Of a stretch of DNA of 64,000 bases, positions 50,301-58,829 are shown piece by piece. Numbering within the stretch: position 1 is the stretch's first letter; every line of letters starts with the position of its first letter. Position numbers and translations under genes: made by a program. This stretch comes from an uncultured Gammaproteobacteria bacterium (lineage in GTDB: Bacteria > Patescibacteriota > Microgenomatia > Levybacterales > UBA12049): assembly GCA_965230895.1 (NCBI GenBank), contig OZ246394.1, positions 569,316-633,315 on the forward strand, read 5' to 3'. Under the pieces are notes generated by a model. The model worked only from the letters and a program-made list of their open reading frames with translations, searched no databases and had not been told where the DNA came from.

Positions 50301-50339
50301 TTCTTGCAATTATATTGTTTAGGCTTTATAAACTACTGT

Positions 50340-51032
50340 ATGCTTACAATTATCCACGGTGCTGATACCGCTGCTTCGCGAAAATATTTCCTTGACCAAA
50401 AACAACCATATGCTGATGCTATCCTTTTGGATGCCGACAAAGTAAATCTTACAGATTTAGCGCAAATATTTGAAGGCGGAGGATTATTTGGCGAAAGCAA
50501 AATTGTTTTTATTGAGCAGCTTATTACCAAAAAGAAAAAAGCTTCTGAATTTAAGGATCTTGTAGCGTATTTAGAAAAGCATGCTGACGAACACACTATC
50601 TTTCTTTGGGAAAGCAAAGAGTTGGAGATAGGTACATTAAAAGCATTCAAGAAGGCGGCGCAGCGTCCCTTCAAATTGCCACAGACCCTTTTTCTCCTCC
50701 TTGATAGTCTGAAACCAGGAAATGGAAAAGCACTTGTCATACTCTTCCATCAAACCCTTGAATCTGCAGAGCTAGAAATGGTCTTTTTTATGCTCATCCG
50801 TCAGATCAGATTACTCCTTGCCCTTCATGAATCATCAGAGAACGAAATAGAAGAAGTGAAACGTATGGCTCCATGGCAAAGAACAAAGCTCGAGAAACAA
50901 GCCAGATTATTTACACGTGAGCAACTACTGTTGATGTATCACAAACTCTTTATCCTCGAACGTGGACAAAAAACAGGTGGACTCACCACATCTTTAAGTG
51001 CTGCAATTGACTTTTTACTTATCGGCATTTAA
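50340..51032 (+). CDS. holA: DNA polymerase III delta subunit
   Basis: Start at ATG 50340. YADAILLDADKVNLTDLAQIFEGGGLFGESKIVFIE resembles the delta N-terminal domain. Confidence 0.65.
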   Translation: MLTIIHGADTAASRKYFLDQKQPYADAILLDADKVNLTDLAQIFEGGGLFGESKIVFIEQLITKKKKASEFKDLVAYLEKHADEHTIFLWESKELEIGTLKAFKKAAQRPFKLPQTLFLLLDSLKPGNGKALVILFHQTLESAELEMVFFMLIRQIRLLLALHESSENEIEEVKRMAPWQRTKLEKQARLFTREQLLLMYHKLFILERGQKTGGLTTSLSAAIDFLLIGI

Positions 51033-51043
51033 AATGGGAGTTA

Positions 51044-52459
51044 TTGTTCAGACATTACTCTGAACCAATGCATATGGCTGATATTGATTCAAAAATCTTC
51101 AAAGCATACGACATCCGCGGTATTTATCCTGAACAACTTAATGAGACAAATATTGTTGATATCGTCCGTGCTATTTATAAATTCTTCCATGATAGTATAG
51201 GCAAAGAGCAGCCTACAATTGTACTTGCATATGATATGCGATTGTCTGGTCCACAACTCTATGCAACTGCGAAAAAGACACTTGTTGATATGGGAGCAAA
51301 GGTTATCGATGCTGGACAGCTCTCTACCCCATCATTTTACTTTACCGTATTCCATTATGCTTACGATTGCGGAATTCAGATTACTGCATCACACAATCCA
51401 AAGGAATATAATGGCTTAAAATTCGTTCGCTACACTCCTGAAGGGCTTATCAAGATTGGTAAGTCTACTGGCATGGAAGATATCAAAACTATGGCAATTC
51501 AAGGAGTTGAATTCACTCCGACAACCACTGGATCGATTGAAGAAAAGACAGGCATCCTTGAAGATGAAGTTGCAAATGCGCTTAAGGTCTTTGGAAATCC
51601 TGAATTAAAGAAGTTCAAGATCGTTGCCGATCCAGCAAATGCTATGGGCGCACAATATATCGGTGCTATCTTTGATAAGGTTCCAGCAGATCTTATCAAG
51701 ATGAACTTTGAACTTGATGGAAGTTTCCCTGCACATCAACCAGATCCACTCGATTTTAATAATTTGAAAGATCTGCAAGCACGAGTTCTTGCAGAAGGAG
51801 CAGATCTTGGATTGGCGCCTGATGGGGATGGAGATCGTTTGTACTTCGTAGATGAAAAAGGTCAGATTACCCCAGCAACACTTATTACAGCACTTGTTGC
51901 TCGAGAAGTTTTGAAAAATAATCCTGGAGCAAGAATCTATGTAGATATTCGATATATTCTCGGAACAAAGAAAATTGTCGAAGAGTTTGGTGGAGTGACT
52001 GAGATTACCAAGGTTGGCCATGCATTCATCACTGAAGCAATGAATAAGACTGGTGGACCGTTCGCTGGAGAGTCATCAGGCCATTTCTACTTCAAGTCTG
52101 CAGGCAACGGTGAGTCACAACTTGCAACGTTAGTCAGTGTCCTTAAAGTGCTTTCTGAATCGGGCAAGCCACTCTCTGAAGTTGTAGAAGAACTTCGAAG
52201 AAGTTTTGAATCTGGTGAATTGAATTTCAAGGTAAGCAATTCAGCAGAAATCCTTGAAGCAATCAAGCAAAAGTATAGCGATGGCGAACTTGAAACCATG
52301 GATGGCGTATCGATCACCTATCCTGATTGGAGAGTAAATGTACGAACTTCCAATACAGAACCATTACTTCGATTGAATCTCGAGAGCTATGACAAAGAAA
52401 CGATGCAACAGAAGTTCGAAGAAGTCAAAGGTCTCATCCAGTCTCTTGCTAAGGAATGA
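51044..52459 (+). CDS. Phosphoglucomutase/phosphomannomutase (archaeal-type)
   Basis: Active-site TASHNPKEYNGLKF; Mg loop DGDGDR. The true start may be at ATG 51068 or 51074. Confidence 0.85.
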   Translation: MFRHYSEPMHMADIDSKIFKAYDIRGIYPEQLNETNIVDIVRAIYKFFHDSIGKEQPTIVLAYDMRLSGPQLYATAKKTLVDMGAKVIDAGQLSTPSFYFTVFHYAYDCGIQITASHNPKEYNGLKFVRYTPEGLIKIGKSTGMEDIKTMAIQGVEFTPTTTGSIEEKTGILEDEVANALKVFGNPELKKFKIVADPANAMGAQYIGAIFDKVPADLIKMNFELDGSFPAHQPDPLDFNNLKDLQARVLAEGADLGLAPDGDGDRLYFVDEKGQITPATLITALVAREVLKNNPGARIYVDIRYILGTKKIVEEFGGVTEITKVGHAFITEAMNKTGGPFAGESSGHFYFKSAGNGESQLATLVSVLKVLSESGKPLSEVVEELRRSFESGELNFKVSNSAEILEAIKQKYSDGELETMDGVSITYPDWRVNVRTSNTEPLLRLNLESYDKETMQQKFEEVKGLIQSLAKE

Positions 52460-52470
52460 TATAATATCTT

Positions 52471-52914
52471 ATGCCTGATTTAAGTAAGTTCGATAAATCC
52501 AAATTCACTACAAAGCCCTACGTAAAACGTGTTGAAAAACCATGGGGTTACGAAATCCATTGGGTTCCTGCCGGCCTCCCATACATGGGGAAAATCCTTC
52601 ATATTGATGCTGGACGACGTCTTTCAATGCAAGTTCATGATCAAAAACAAGAAACATATTGGCTCTTAAATGGAGAATGCAATTTAATTCTTGAGAATGA
52701 GAAAGGTGAACTCGAAACCGTTAAGTTGAAGAAAGGCGAAGGTTATACAACGCAGATTGGGCAGAGACACAGACATCAAGCTGTAACTGATTGTGATATT
52801 GTCGAAGCTTCAACAGCTGAACTTGGAACTACATGGCGATTGGAAGACGACTACAGTAGACCAAACGAAACCGAAGAGTTACGCAAAAAGCCTAATCGAG
52901 GCTGGGATAAATAA
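52471..52914 (+). CDS. Cupin-domain protein (type II mannose-6-phosphate isomerase C-terminal-like)
   Basis: Cupin motifs SMQVHDQKQETYWLLNG and GQRHRHQA; 147 aa. Confidence 0.55.
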   Translation: MPDLSKFDKSKFTTKPYVKRVEKPWGYEIHWVPAGLPYMGKILHIDAGRRLSMQVHDQKQETYWLLNGECNLILENEKGELETVKLKKGEGYTTQIGQRHRHQAVTDCDIVEASTAELGTTWRLEDDYSRPNETEELRKKPNRGWDK

Positions 52915-52920
52915 TGTAAT

Positions 52921-52945
52921 GTCATCCTGAACTTGTTTCAGGATC
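52921..52945 (+). repeat. Interspersed hairpin repeat, copy D (first hairpin only)
   Basis: gtcatcctgaacttgtttcaggatc, 10 nt upstream of the next start codon. Confidence 0.65.
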
Positions 52946-52954
52946 TTTTAATAA

Positions 52955-53995
52955 ATGCTTGATCTCAACAACAAAGAGCACATCCAGGAAATCGATAAGT
53001 TAGATGCCCTCGGCACCACTGAAAATCTTCTTAAGCAATGCGAAGCCGCATGGAATGAATCAACTGCTCTCTCTGTGCCTAAGATAGAAAATGTAACAAA
53101 TATTGTCTTTTGCGGCATGGGCGCTTCCATGTATGGTGGACTTGTCTTAAAATCATTACTCGGTCGAAATGTACCATATCCAGTTGAAATCGTTAGTGAC
53201 TACTATTTGCCTGATTATGTTGGAAAGAATACACTTGTCGTATTAACAAGTTACTCAGGAACAACTGAAGAAGTGCTTTCTTGTGCTGAGGACGCAAAGT
53301 CGAAAGAAGCACAAATGATTGTGGTAACAAAAGGAGGAACGCTTGCTGAATTTGCTCGAGATAACAATGTTCCTGCGTATATATTTGATCCCAAGCTTAA
53401 CCCAAATAATGTTCCTCGGTTGGGCACTGGCTATACAATTCTTGGGATGATTGGTCTGTTAAATAAAACCGGCGTTATAGATATTGAGGAGAAAGAGATC
53501 TCAGATGCACTTGTCCGTATGTATGATAAATTTGATGAGATCAAGCAGCAAGCTTTTGAGGACCACAAGATATTTATCAATAAAATCCCCATTATAGTTG
53601 CTGCAGAACAGCTTACGGGAAATGCTTTAATATTGCGAAATCAACTCAATGAAACCAGCAAGGCATTCTCTGCTTTTTATCTCCTCCCTGATCTAAATCA
53701 CCATCTTATGGAAGGATTGCAATTCCCTGCTGAAGCTCCCCTCCATTTCCTTGCTCTTAGTTCTCCAAATTATTCGGACAAGATTAAAAAGCGCCTAACA
53801 CTAACCGAAGAAGTTATTATACAAAATAAATATCCCGCTCATGAGTTTACGACTAGTGGTCAAACAAGTTATGATGATGTATTAGAGGTGCTATTTTATG
53901 GAAGCTTCCTAACTGTATATCTCGGCTTGGCTTATGAACAGAATCCTGGGACTAATCCTTGGGTAGATTGGTTTAAGAAGGAATTAAATGCTTAA
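52955..53995 (+). CDS. Bifunctional phosphoglucose/phosphomannose isomerase (SIS domain, archaeal type)
   Basis: SIS loop FCGMGASMYGGLVLKS and a second SIS region; 346 aa. Confidence 0.8.
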   Translation: MLDLNNKEHIQEIDKLDALGTTENLLKQCEAAWNESTALSVPKIENVTNIVFCGMGASMYGGLVLKSLLGRNVPYPVEIVSDYYLPDYVGKNTLVVLTSYSGTTEEVLSCAEDAKSKEAQMIVVTKGGTLAEFARDNNVPAYIFDPKLNPNNVPRLGTGYTILGMIGLLNKTGVIDIEEKEISDALVRMYDKFDEIKQQAFEDHKIFINKIPIIVAAEQLTGNALILRNQLNETSKAFSAFYLLPDLNHHLMEGLQFPAEAPLHFLALSSPNYSDKIKKRLTLTEEVIIQNKYPAHEFTTSGQTSYDDVLEVLFYGSFLTVYLGLAYEQNPGTNPWVDWFKKELNA

Positions 53996-54366
53996 GCAAC
54001 AATTGACTTCACTTTATCGACAAGCTGTGCAGGCGTAAAAGAACTCTTCAACATATAGCCATCAGTAAATCCCAAAACATGATCAATGTCTTTTGTCTCA
54101 TCACTATTCGTTAGAAAAAGAATATGCTTAGCAGGCTTCTTCAAGAATGTTTTAACCTGATCCATAATCTGGACACCGGTCATAATGGGTAGAAGTACGT
54201 CTAAAAGAATTAAATCCCATCCTCCAATTTTGATTTTATCCAATGCTTCTTTCCCATCAGCTGCTGTAGTTACATCATATCCAGCACTTGAAAGCGTTTC
54301 GTTATAAATATCACGAAGAAACATATCATCTTCTACTAGGAGTATTTTTATTTTGTTTTCCATCAC
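53992..54366 (-). CDS. Stand-alone response-regulator receiver domain (CheY-like)
   Basis: KILLVEDD (acidic pocket), phospho-acceptor D in LILLDVLLP, conserved T and K later; 124 aa; no output domain. Confidence 0.8.
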   Translation of the reverse strand: MMENKIKILLVEDDMFLRDIYNETLSSAGYDVTTAADGKEALDKIKIGGWDLILLDVLLPIMTGVQIMDQVKTFLKKPAKHILFLTNSDETKDIDHVLGFTDGYMLKSSFTPAQLVDKVKSIVA

Positions 54367-54391
54367 TCTATTCTATCAATAAATCCTTTAA

Positions 54392-54423
54392 AACAAAAGA
54401 AAACCACCAGTTGGTGGTTTTTA
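54392..54423 (-). terminator. Rho-independent terminator downstream of pilin gene 1
   Basis: On the minus strand, aaaaaccaccaactggtggtttt is followed by a T-rich run. Confidence 0.55.
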
Positions 54424-54442
54424 AAACATATGCATTCCCCTA

Positions 54443-54925
54443 TTATCGAGTAACTTGGATTGGTGGAGTATATGCACTTGGTGCTGAAACTGTTATTCTA
54501 TTATTTGTATCTCTTGTAATTGTGTAACCTGTGTTCCATGTTCCTGCGCATTCACCAGCTTCAACTCCTGCCTGATCATTAAGTGTTGGATCCATTGGAA
54601 GTGCTGGCATATAATTTGGTACTAACTGAGCACAAAGAGCACCTAAATCGGCCCCACTTTGCAATGGGGTTGGGTCATTTACATCCAAAGCCTGAACAAG
54701 CGGCGGTAATTGCCCAGTATTTGATGCTGTATATTGTCCGATTGCATTAAGAATCTGAGTAACATCACTTCGACGCTTTGTATCATTTGCTTGGCCAAAT
54801 TGTCGTGCAGGGTTAATAGCGATAAGTGTGATTGCTAAAAGGATAGCGAGGATACCGATTACAACGAGTAATTCGATGAGTGTGAAACCTTTTTGGTCTT
54901 TGTTAAATATTTGTCGGACAGTCAT
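54443..54925 (-). CDS. Type IV major pilin, paralog 1
   Basis: Class III leader and cleavage site NKDQKG|FTLIELLVVIGILAIL with Glu5; about 160 aa; C-terminal Cys pair. Confidence 0.85.
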   Translation of the reverse strand: MTVRQIFNKDQKGFTLIELLVVIGILAILLAITLIAINPARQFGQANDTKRRSDVTQILNAIGQYTASNTGQLPPLVQALDVNDPTPLQSGADLGALCAQLVPNYMPALPMDPTLNDQAGVEAGECAGTWNTGYTITRDTNNRITVSAPSAYTPPIQVTR

Positions 54926-54970
54926 GTTTTGTTTTGATCAAGTTATCTTGATCTGTATCTATTATTGTCA
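54926..54970 (-). promoter_or_regulatory. Conserved pilin 5' leader with perfect 18-nt palindrome gatcaagttatcttgatc (54936..54953)
   Basis: A nearly identical 45-nt stretch precedes both pilin start codons; the second copy is at 56561..56605. Confidence 0.5.
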
Positions 54971-55076
54971 GAGTCGGTATATCCTGTCAATATGTCTAAA
55001 TAGTCAAAAATATATTTAAATAGATCAGTTTACTTTTCAAGAAATTATTTGAATCTAAAAAAGATAATGATGTATT

Positions 55077-55406
55077 TTGATCATCTTGACACAGACTCAA
55101 CCTTTACTTCATTATAGATATATAATGTTGAAACCAACGAAACATCATGAACCACTAAGTAGCGCAAAAGCAATTATTGCAATACTGGTTTTAGGTATCG
55201 CTTTTGTACTCTTTTATAAGTTCATAACAAATCAGGAATTCTTCTTGGATGATCCAGAAGCTCTTCGAAACTACGTCATCTTTACTATTACAGTAAGTGG
55301 GTTCTTAATTGGGCTTCTTTACCTCACAAGCCAGACAAAGCACAAAGCGAAAACAAAATCCAAGTCAATTTCAAAAGCTAAGCCTACTAAAAAGAAGAAG
55401 AAATAA
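55077..55406 (+). CDS. Small membrane protein with Lys-rich C-terminus
   Basis: Two hydrophobic helices and a KKKKK tail; the start is uncertain (ATG 55077 or 55125). Confidence 0.3.
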   Translation: MIILTQTQPLLHYRYIMLKPTKHHEPLSSAKAIIAILVLGIAFVLFYKFITNQEFFLDDPEALRNYVIFTITVSGFLIGLLYLTSQTKHKAKTKSKSISKAKPTKKKKK

Positions 55407-55421
55407 CTTTTAATTTTCTTT

Positions 55422-56042
55422 CTACAATTCCCTTGCAATTACTCTTGTTGGTGCACCATCTGCTTTTAGTTTTATCGGTAGCGCAATAACTTCAAACGCA
55501 TCCACTTCTAATAGTTGTCCCACGTTTGTTAAATTCTCAAGAATAAATATCTCGTTTGTTAAAAGTATCTTATGAACAATCCAAGGTTGATCAGCGTCAG
55601 GACCGGACATATCCATTCCCACTCCACTTATGTTATGTTCCACCATCATTCTTGCAAAGTCTTCAGCAATCACAGGAGCATTACTGAAGTAATCTTCCTG
55701 CCCATACTTTTCACCAAAACCCGTATACAAGAGAACTATCGAACCTTCTTTTAATGCAATTCCATCAAGAACAGATCCATCAATAATATCCTTTCCCTGT
55801 ACATCGAGTACTATTCCATTTCCAATAAACTTCTCTACAGGCAATGCGTCAATTGTTTTGCCTCCAGCAATCATATGCAATGGAGCATCCATGTGTGTCC
55901 CGACATGCATAACAGTCGTAAGCTTATGATCGTTAAAACTATTTTCTTTAATGCTTGCGACCTGTTCTATTTGGGGCTTCGGATCACCAGGAAAGACTGG
56001 TATATCATCAGAGAAAGTATGAGATAAATCAAATAATTTCAT
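55422..56042 (-). CDS. Cyclase-family protein (kynurenine formamidase-like metal-dependent hydrolase)
   Basis: Motif HVGTHMDAPLHM (HxGTHxDxPxH) typical of the cyclase/arylformamidase family. Confidence 0.75.
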   Translation of the reverse strand: MKLFDLSHTFSDDIPVFPGDPKPQIEQVASIKENSFNDHKLTTVMHVGTHMDAPLHMIAGGKTIDALPVEKFIGNGIVLDVQGKDIIDGSVLDGIALKEGSIVLLYTGFGEKYGQEDYFSNAPVIAEDFARMMVEHNISGVGMDMSGPDADQPWIVHKILLTNEIFILENLTNVGQLLEVDAFEVIALPIKLKADGAPTRVIAREL

Positions 56043-56083
56043 AAAGAAGAGTATACAAAAGAATTGTAAAGATTATTGAAGAA

Positions 56084-56560
56084 TTAGCGAGTTACTTGGA
56101 TTGGAGGAGTGTATGCACTTGGCGCTGATACTGTTATTCTATTATTTGCATCTTTTGCAACTGTATATCCAGTGTCCCATGTGCCCGCGCAGTCACCAGC
56201 TTCAACTCCAGCTTGATCGTTAAGAGTTGGATCCATTGGAAGTGCTGGCATATAATTTGGAACTAATTGTCCACAGAGGGATGGGAAATTTGTACTATTG
56301 AGTGCGGCTGAACCACTTGCAAGAGCTTGAACATTTGGAGGCAATTGGCCTGTATTAGATGCTGTGTATTGTCCGATTGCGTTAAGAATCTGTGTTACAT
56401 CACTTCGACGCTTTGTATCGTTTGCTTGTCCGAATTGTCGTGCTGGATTAATTGCGATAAGAGTGATAGCTAAAAGAATAGCGAGGATACCAATTACAAC
56501 GAGTAATTCTATGAGTGTGAAACCTTTTTGATTTTTATTAAATACTTCTCGGACAGTCAT
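56084..56560 (-). CDS. Type IV major pilin, paralog 2
   Basis: MTVREVFNKNQKG|FTLIELLVVIGIL. N- and C-terminal thirds are near-identical to paralog 1. The ORF-track start at 56614 reads through the conserved untranslated leader. Confidence 0.85.
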   Translation of the reverse strand: MTVREVFNKNQKGFTLIELLVVIGILAILLAITLIAINPARQFGQANDTKRRSDVTQILNAIGQYTASNTGQLPPNVQALASGSAALNSTNFPSLCGQLVPNYMPALPMDPTLNDQAGVEAGDCAGTWDTGYTVAKDANNRITVSAPSAYTPPIQVTR

Positions 56561-56660
56561 ATTGTTTTTGATCAAGTTATCTTGATCTGTATCCATTATT
56601 GTCATAATGCTCAACTGTTGTCAATAGAGCAAAAATTGAAAAAAAATCGAAAATTCAAGG

Positions 56661-57800
56661 CTATTTACCTAGGATAATCGTAATATCATTATCGCCTTCT
56701 TGTCTTTCTTCTACAGTGATATTTGGTCTTATTTTTTCAACTTCCTCAAGAATTGCGGTGCGGGTAGATTGAGTTACAGTCCCAGCAAAAAAAATAACTG
56801 ATTCTGAATTTCTAGTACTACTCCTTGTTTGCGTAGTTATGTCTTTGAATTTATATGTTTCAAGAGCGGTCCGTAAAGGCGCAGAACTAGAAGCAGAAGA
56901 ACTGACAATTTGAACGGTAAGATTTTCAAACTGAACTGGTTCAACCGGTGGAACTGTCGGCGGTACAGTTGCTACAGGGGCAGTCTGAGGCATAACAGTT
57001 GGTTGAACCGTAGCTTGGGGCGCTGGTGGTTGCATGCTTTGCATGTAAACGATAACCAGAACAACCAGTAAAATTACTAATATTCCAATCATTCCTATTA
57101 ATCGTTTCTTATTTGTCTTTGGTGGTTCTTTCCCTTGCGCTAATTCTTCCTGAACTTCGTCAACAGATTCTTCCTCTTCTTTTTTTGCCGGAGTAAATGC
57201 AGCTTGGGTCTTAATATCATATTGCTTCAAACTTGGAGTTTTCTGAATTGTCGTATTGATGAGATTCATGTCCATCGGTTTTGCACTCAATTCCCCACCC
57301 AATACCATTCCCGGAAAAACAGAGGCAATAGTAAAGCCAAGCTTTTCAAATGCTCGTTCAATGGTTGCATAGAGATCCTGATTGACTGCACAAACACGTA
57401 TACCATTTTTTAGTGGGAATGTTTTGCTCACCACATTTTCATAAGGAACATGTTCGATAAACATATCAATCTGAGGTTTTAAATCAGCAATTGTTGTTTT
57501 AGGTGTGGCAGTTGGTACAGGCTGTCCAGATTTTACTGGCTGCTGAGCTGATTGCGGAGGAATGATAAAGTCTTTCACGAAATAAGCATTATCTGCGAGT
57601 ACGATAATGAAGTTACTTGGAGGGATTTTGTTATTTGTTACTAAAATCTTTATTTGCTCTTCAAGCTTGTCATCATTTAATACATCCAAGTCCCGCACAA
57701 TATCTGGAGGAAATCGATATTCCACAAGTGATTTTAAATAAGGTGAATATAATTGAAATTTATCTTTTTGGAGATAGATTACTCCTGTTCTTACTGCCAT
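56661..57800 (-). CDS. Bitopic pilus-assembly-like protein (cytoplasmic N-domain, TM, Pro/Thr/Val-rich periplasmic region); PilM/PilN/PilO-like role is inferred
   Basis: TM helix LIGMIGILVILLVVLVIVYM near residue 230; position inside the pilin operon. Confidence 0.3.
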   Translation of the reverse strand: MAVRTGVIYLQKDKFQLYSPYLKSLVEYRFPPDIVRDLDVLNDDKLEEQIKILVTNNKIPPSNFIIVLADNAYFVKDFIIPPQSAQQPVKSGQPVPTATPKTTIADLKPQIDMFIEHVPYENVVSKTFPLKNGIRVCAVNQDLYATIERAFEKLGFTIASVFPGMVLGGELSAKPMDMNLINTTIQKTPSLKQYDIKTQAAFTPAKKEEEESVDEVQEELAQGKEPPKTNKKRLIGMIGILVILLVVLVIVYMQSMQPPAPQATVQPTVMPQTAPVATVPPTVPPVEPVQFENLTVQIVSSSASSSAPLRTALETYKFKDITTQTRSSTRNSESVIFFAGTVTQSTRTAILEEVEKIRPNITVEERQEGDNDITIILGK

Positions 57801-57801
57801 A

Positions 57802-58224
57802 TTAGAAAGCCTCTTTCTCTGACGTAACCGTCAGTTGATTATTTATATACGTTGCTCGGACCTCAACAGTTCTTTTGAAATTACCGACTGTTCCAGTTGA
57901 TGTAATAATATACGGACTCCCCGATGTGCCACTCCCTCCTACGGTTATAACTGCCTGACCTTGACCGATTGTCAAAGTTTCACCCGTATACGTTGTGGGT
58001 GTACGAAGTAGTCGCAATAATCCGTTCTCTGCCCCACTCTGCGCAACTTGATACGCAACTTCTCCCTGTTGTTGTCTTGTTCCACTATTTGAATTTATCA
58101 AGATCATAACAATTGCCGCAGACGTAATCGTTAGTCCAATAATCATAAAGAACAATAGCGTTATAAGCGCTTGCCCTCGTTGATATGAGAGCGATAATTT
58201 CTTAATTACTTTACCACTTCTCAT
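57802..58224 (-). CDS. Minor pilin / pseudopilin-like protein (non-canonical +1/+5 residues)
   Basis: QRG|QALITLLFFMIIGLTI prepilin-like N-terminus lacking Glu5; 140 aa. Confidence 0.5.
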   Translation of the reverse strand: MRSGKVIKKLSLSYQRGQALITLLFFMIIGLTITSAAIVMILINSNSGTRQQQGEVAYQVAQSGAENGLLRLLRTPTTYTGETLTIGQGQAVITVGGSGTSGSPYIITSTGTVGNFKRTVEVRATYINNQLTVTSEKEAF

Positions 58225-58775
58225 TGTCTTGCTAAAGTTGTCTGGAACGACCTTGATTCTGCACCCGACGGCTGCTGAATCCTACTCACCACAGTGAAAT
58301 TCACCCGAATTGTATCATTACTATCTCCTGCTCCAATCCGTTGGAAAGATAAACCTGTAAGGTATGAGTTAGCTCCGTTTAATTTATTTACTTCTCCGGT
58401 TGATCCATTTGTGAGGAGAAGATTTCCCCCACTATCAAGGCTATAGGTATAGTTTATAGAATTTACCCGTATTTGCAAAGTAGACGAAGTCACTCCTGGA
58501 GATGCTGGAGTAGTTATACGATCACCTGATGGAGAAGCACTTATGGATTTCATATCATAAAACAACTTGCCCATGATATATCTTCCATCCTGATCAACAA
58601 CGGATGTTGATTCTGATTCCAACTGAACTTCAACAATCTGTCCAAACATCGTACTCATAATACCAACGAGTATTGAAAGAATTCCTACATACAAAACTAA
58701 TTCGATAAGTGTAAATCCTTTTTGCCTTTTTTGAGAGGATACCTTGGCAGCAAAAAACTTCTGAAAAAATTTCAT
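58221..58775 (-). CDS. Minor pilin / pseudopilin
   Basis: KRQKG|FTLIELVLYVGILSILVG with Glu5; 184 aa. Confidence 0.7.
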   Translation of the reverse strand: MKFFQKFFAAKVSSQKRQKGFTLIELVLYVGILSILVGIMSTMFGQIVEVQLESESTSVVDQDGRYIMGKLFYDMKSISASPSGDRITTPASPGVTSSTLQIRVNSINYTYSLDSGGNLLLTNGSTGEVNKLNGANSYLTGLSFQRIGAGDSNDTIRVNFTVVSRIQQPSGAESRSFQTTLARQ

Positions 58776-58829
58776 ACCTACATTGAGCGTACTGGTTTAT
58801 GTGAGGATATTCAAGAGGAAGATAATTAT

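Noticed and set aside
54443-56560. Diversity-generating retroelement (template/variable repeat pair) explaining the two pilin copies
   Set aside because: Nucleotide differences between the copies are scattered transitions and transversions at many base types, not confined to adenine-template positions. No reverse-transcriptase gene is in the window.
56561-56614. N-terminal extension MSIMTIMDTDQDNLIKNN of pilin paralog 2
   Set aside because: The extension corresponds to the conserved, palindromic leader also found untranslated upstream of paralog 1. The homologous Met (MTVREVFNK) at 56560 is the real start.
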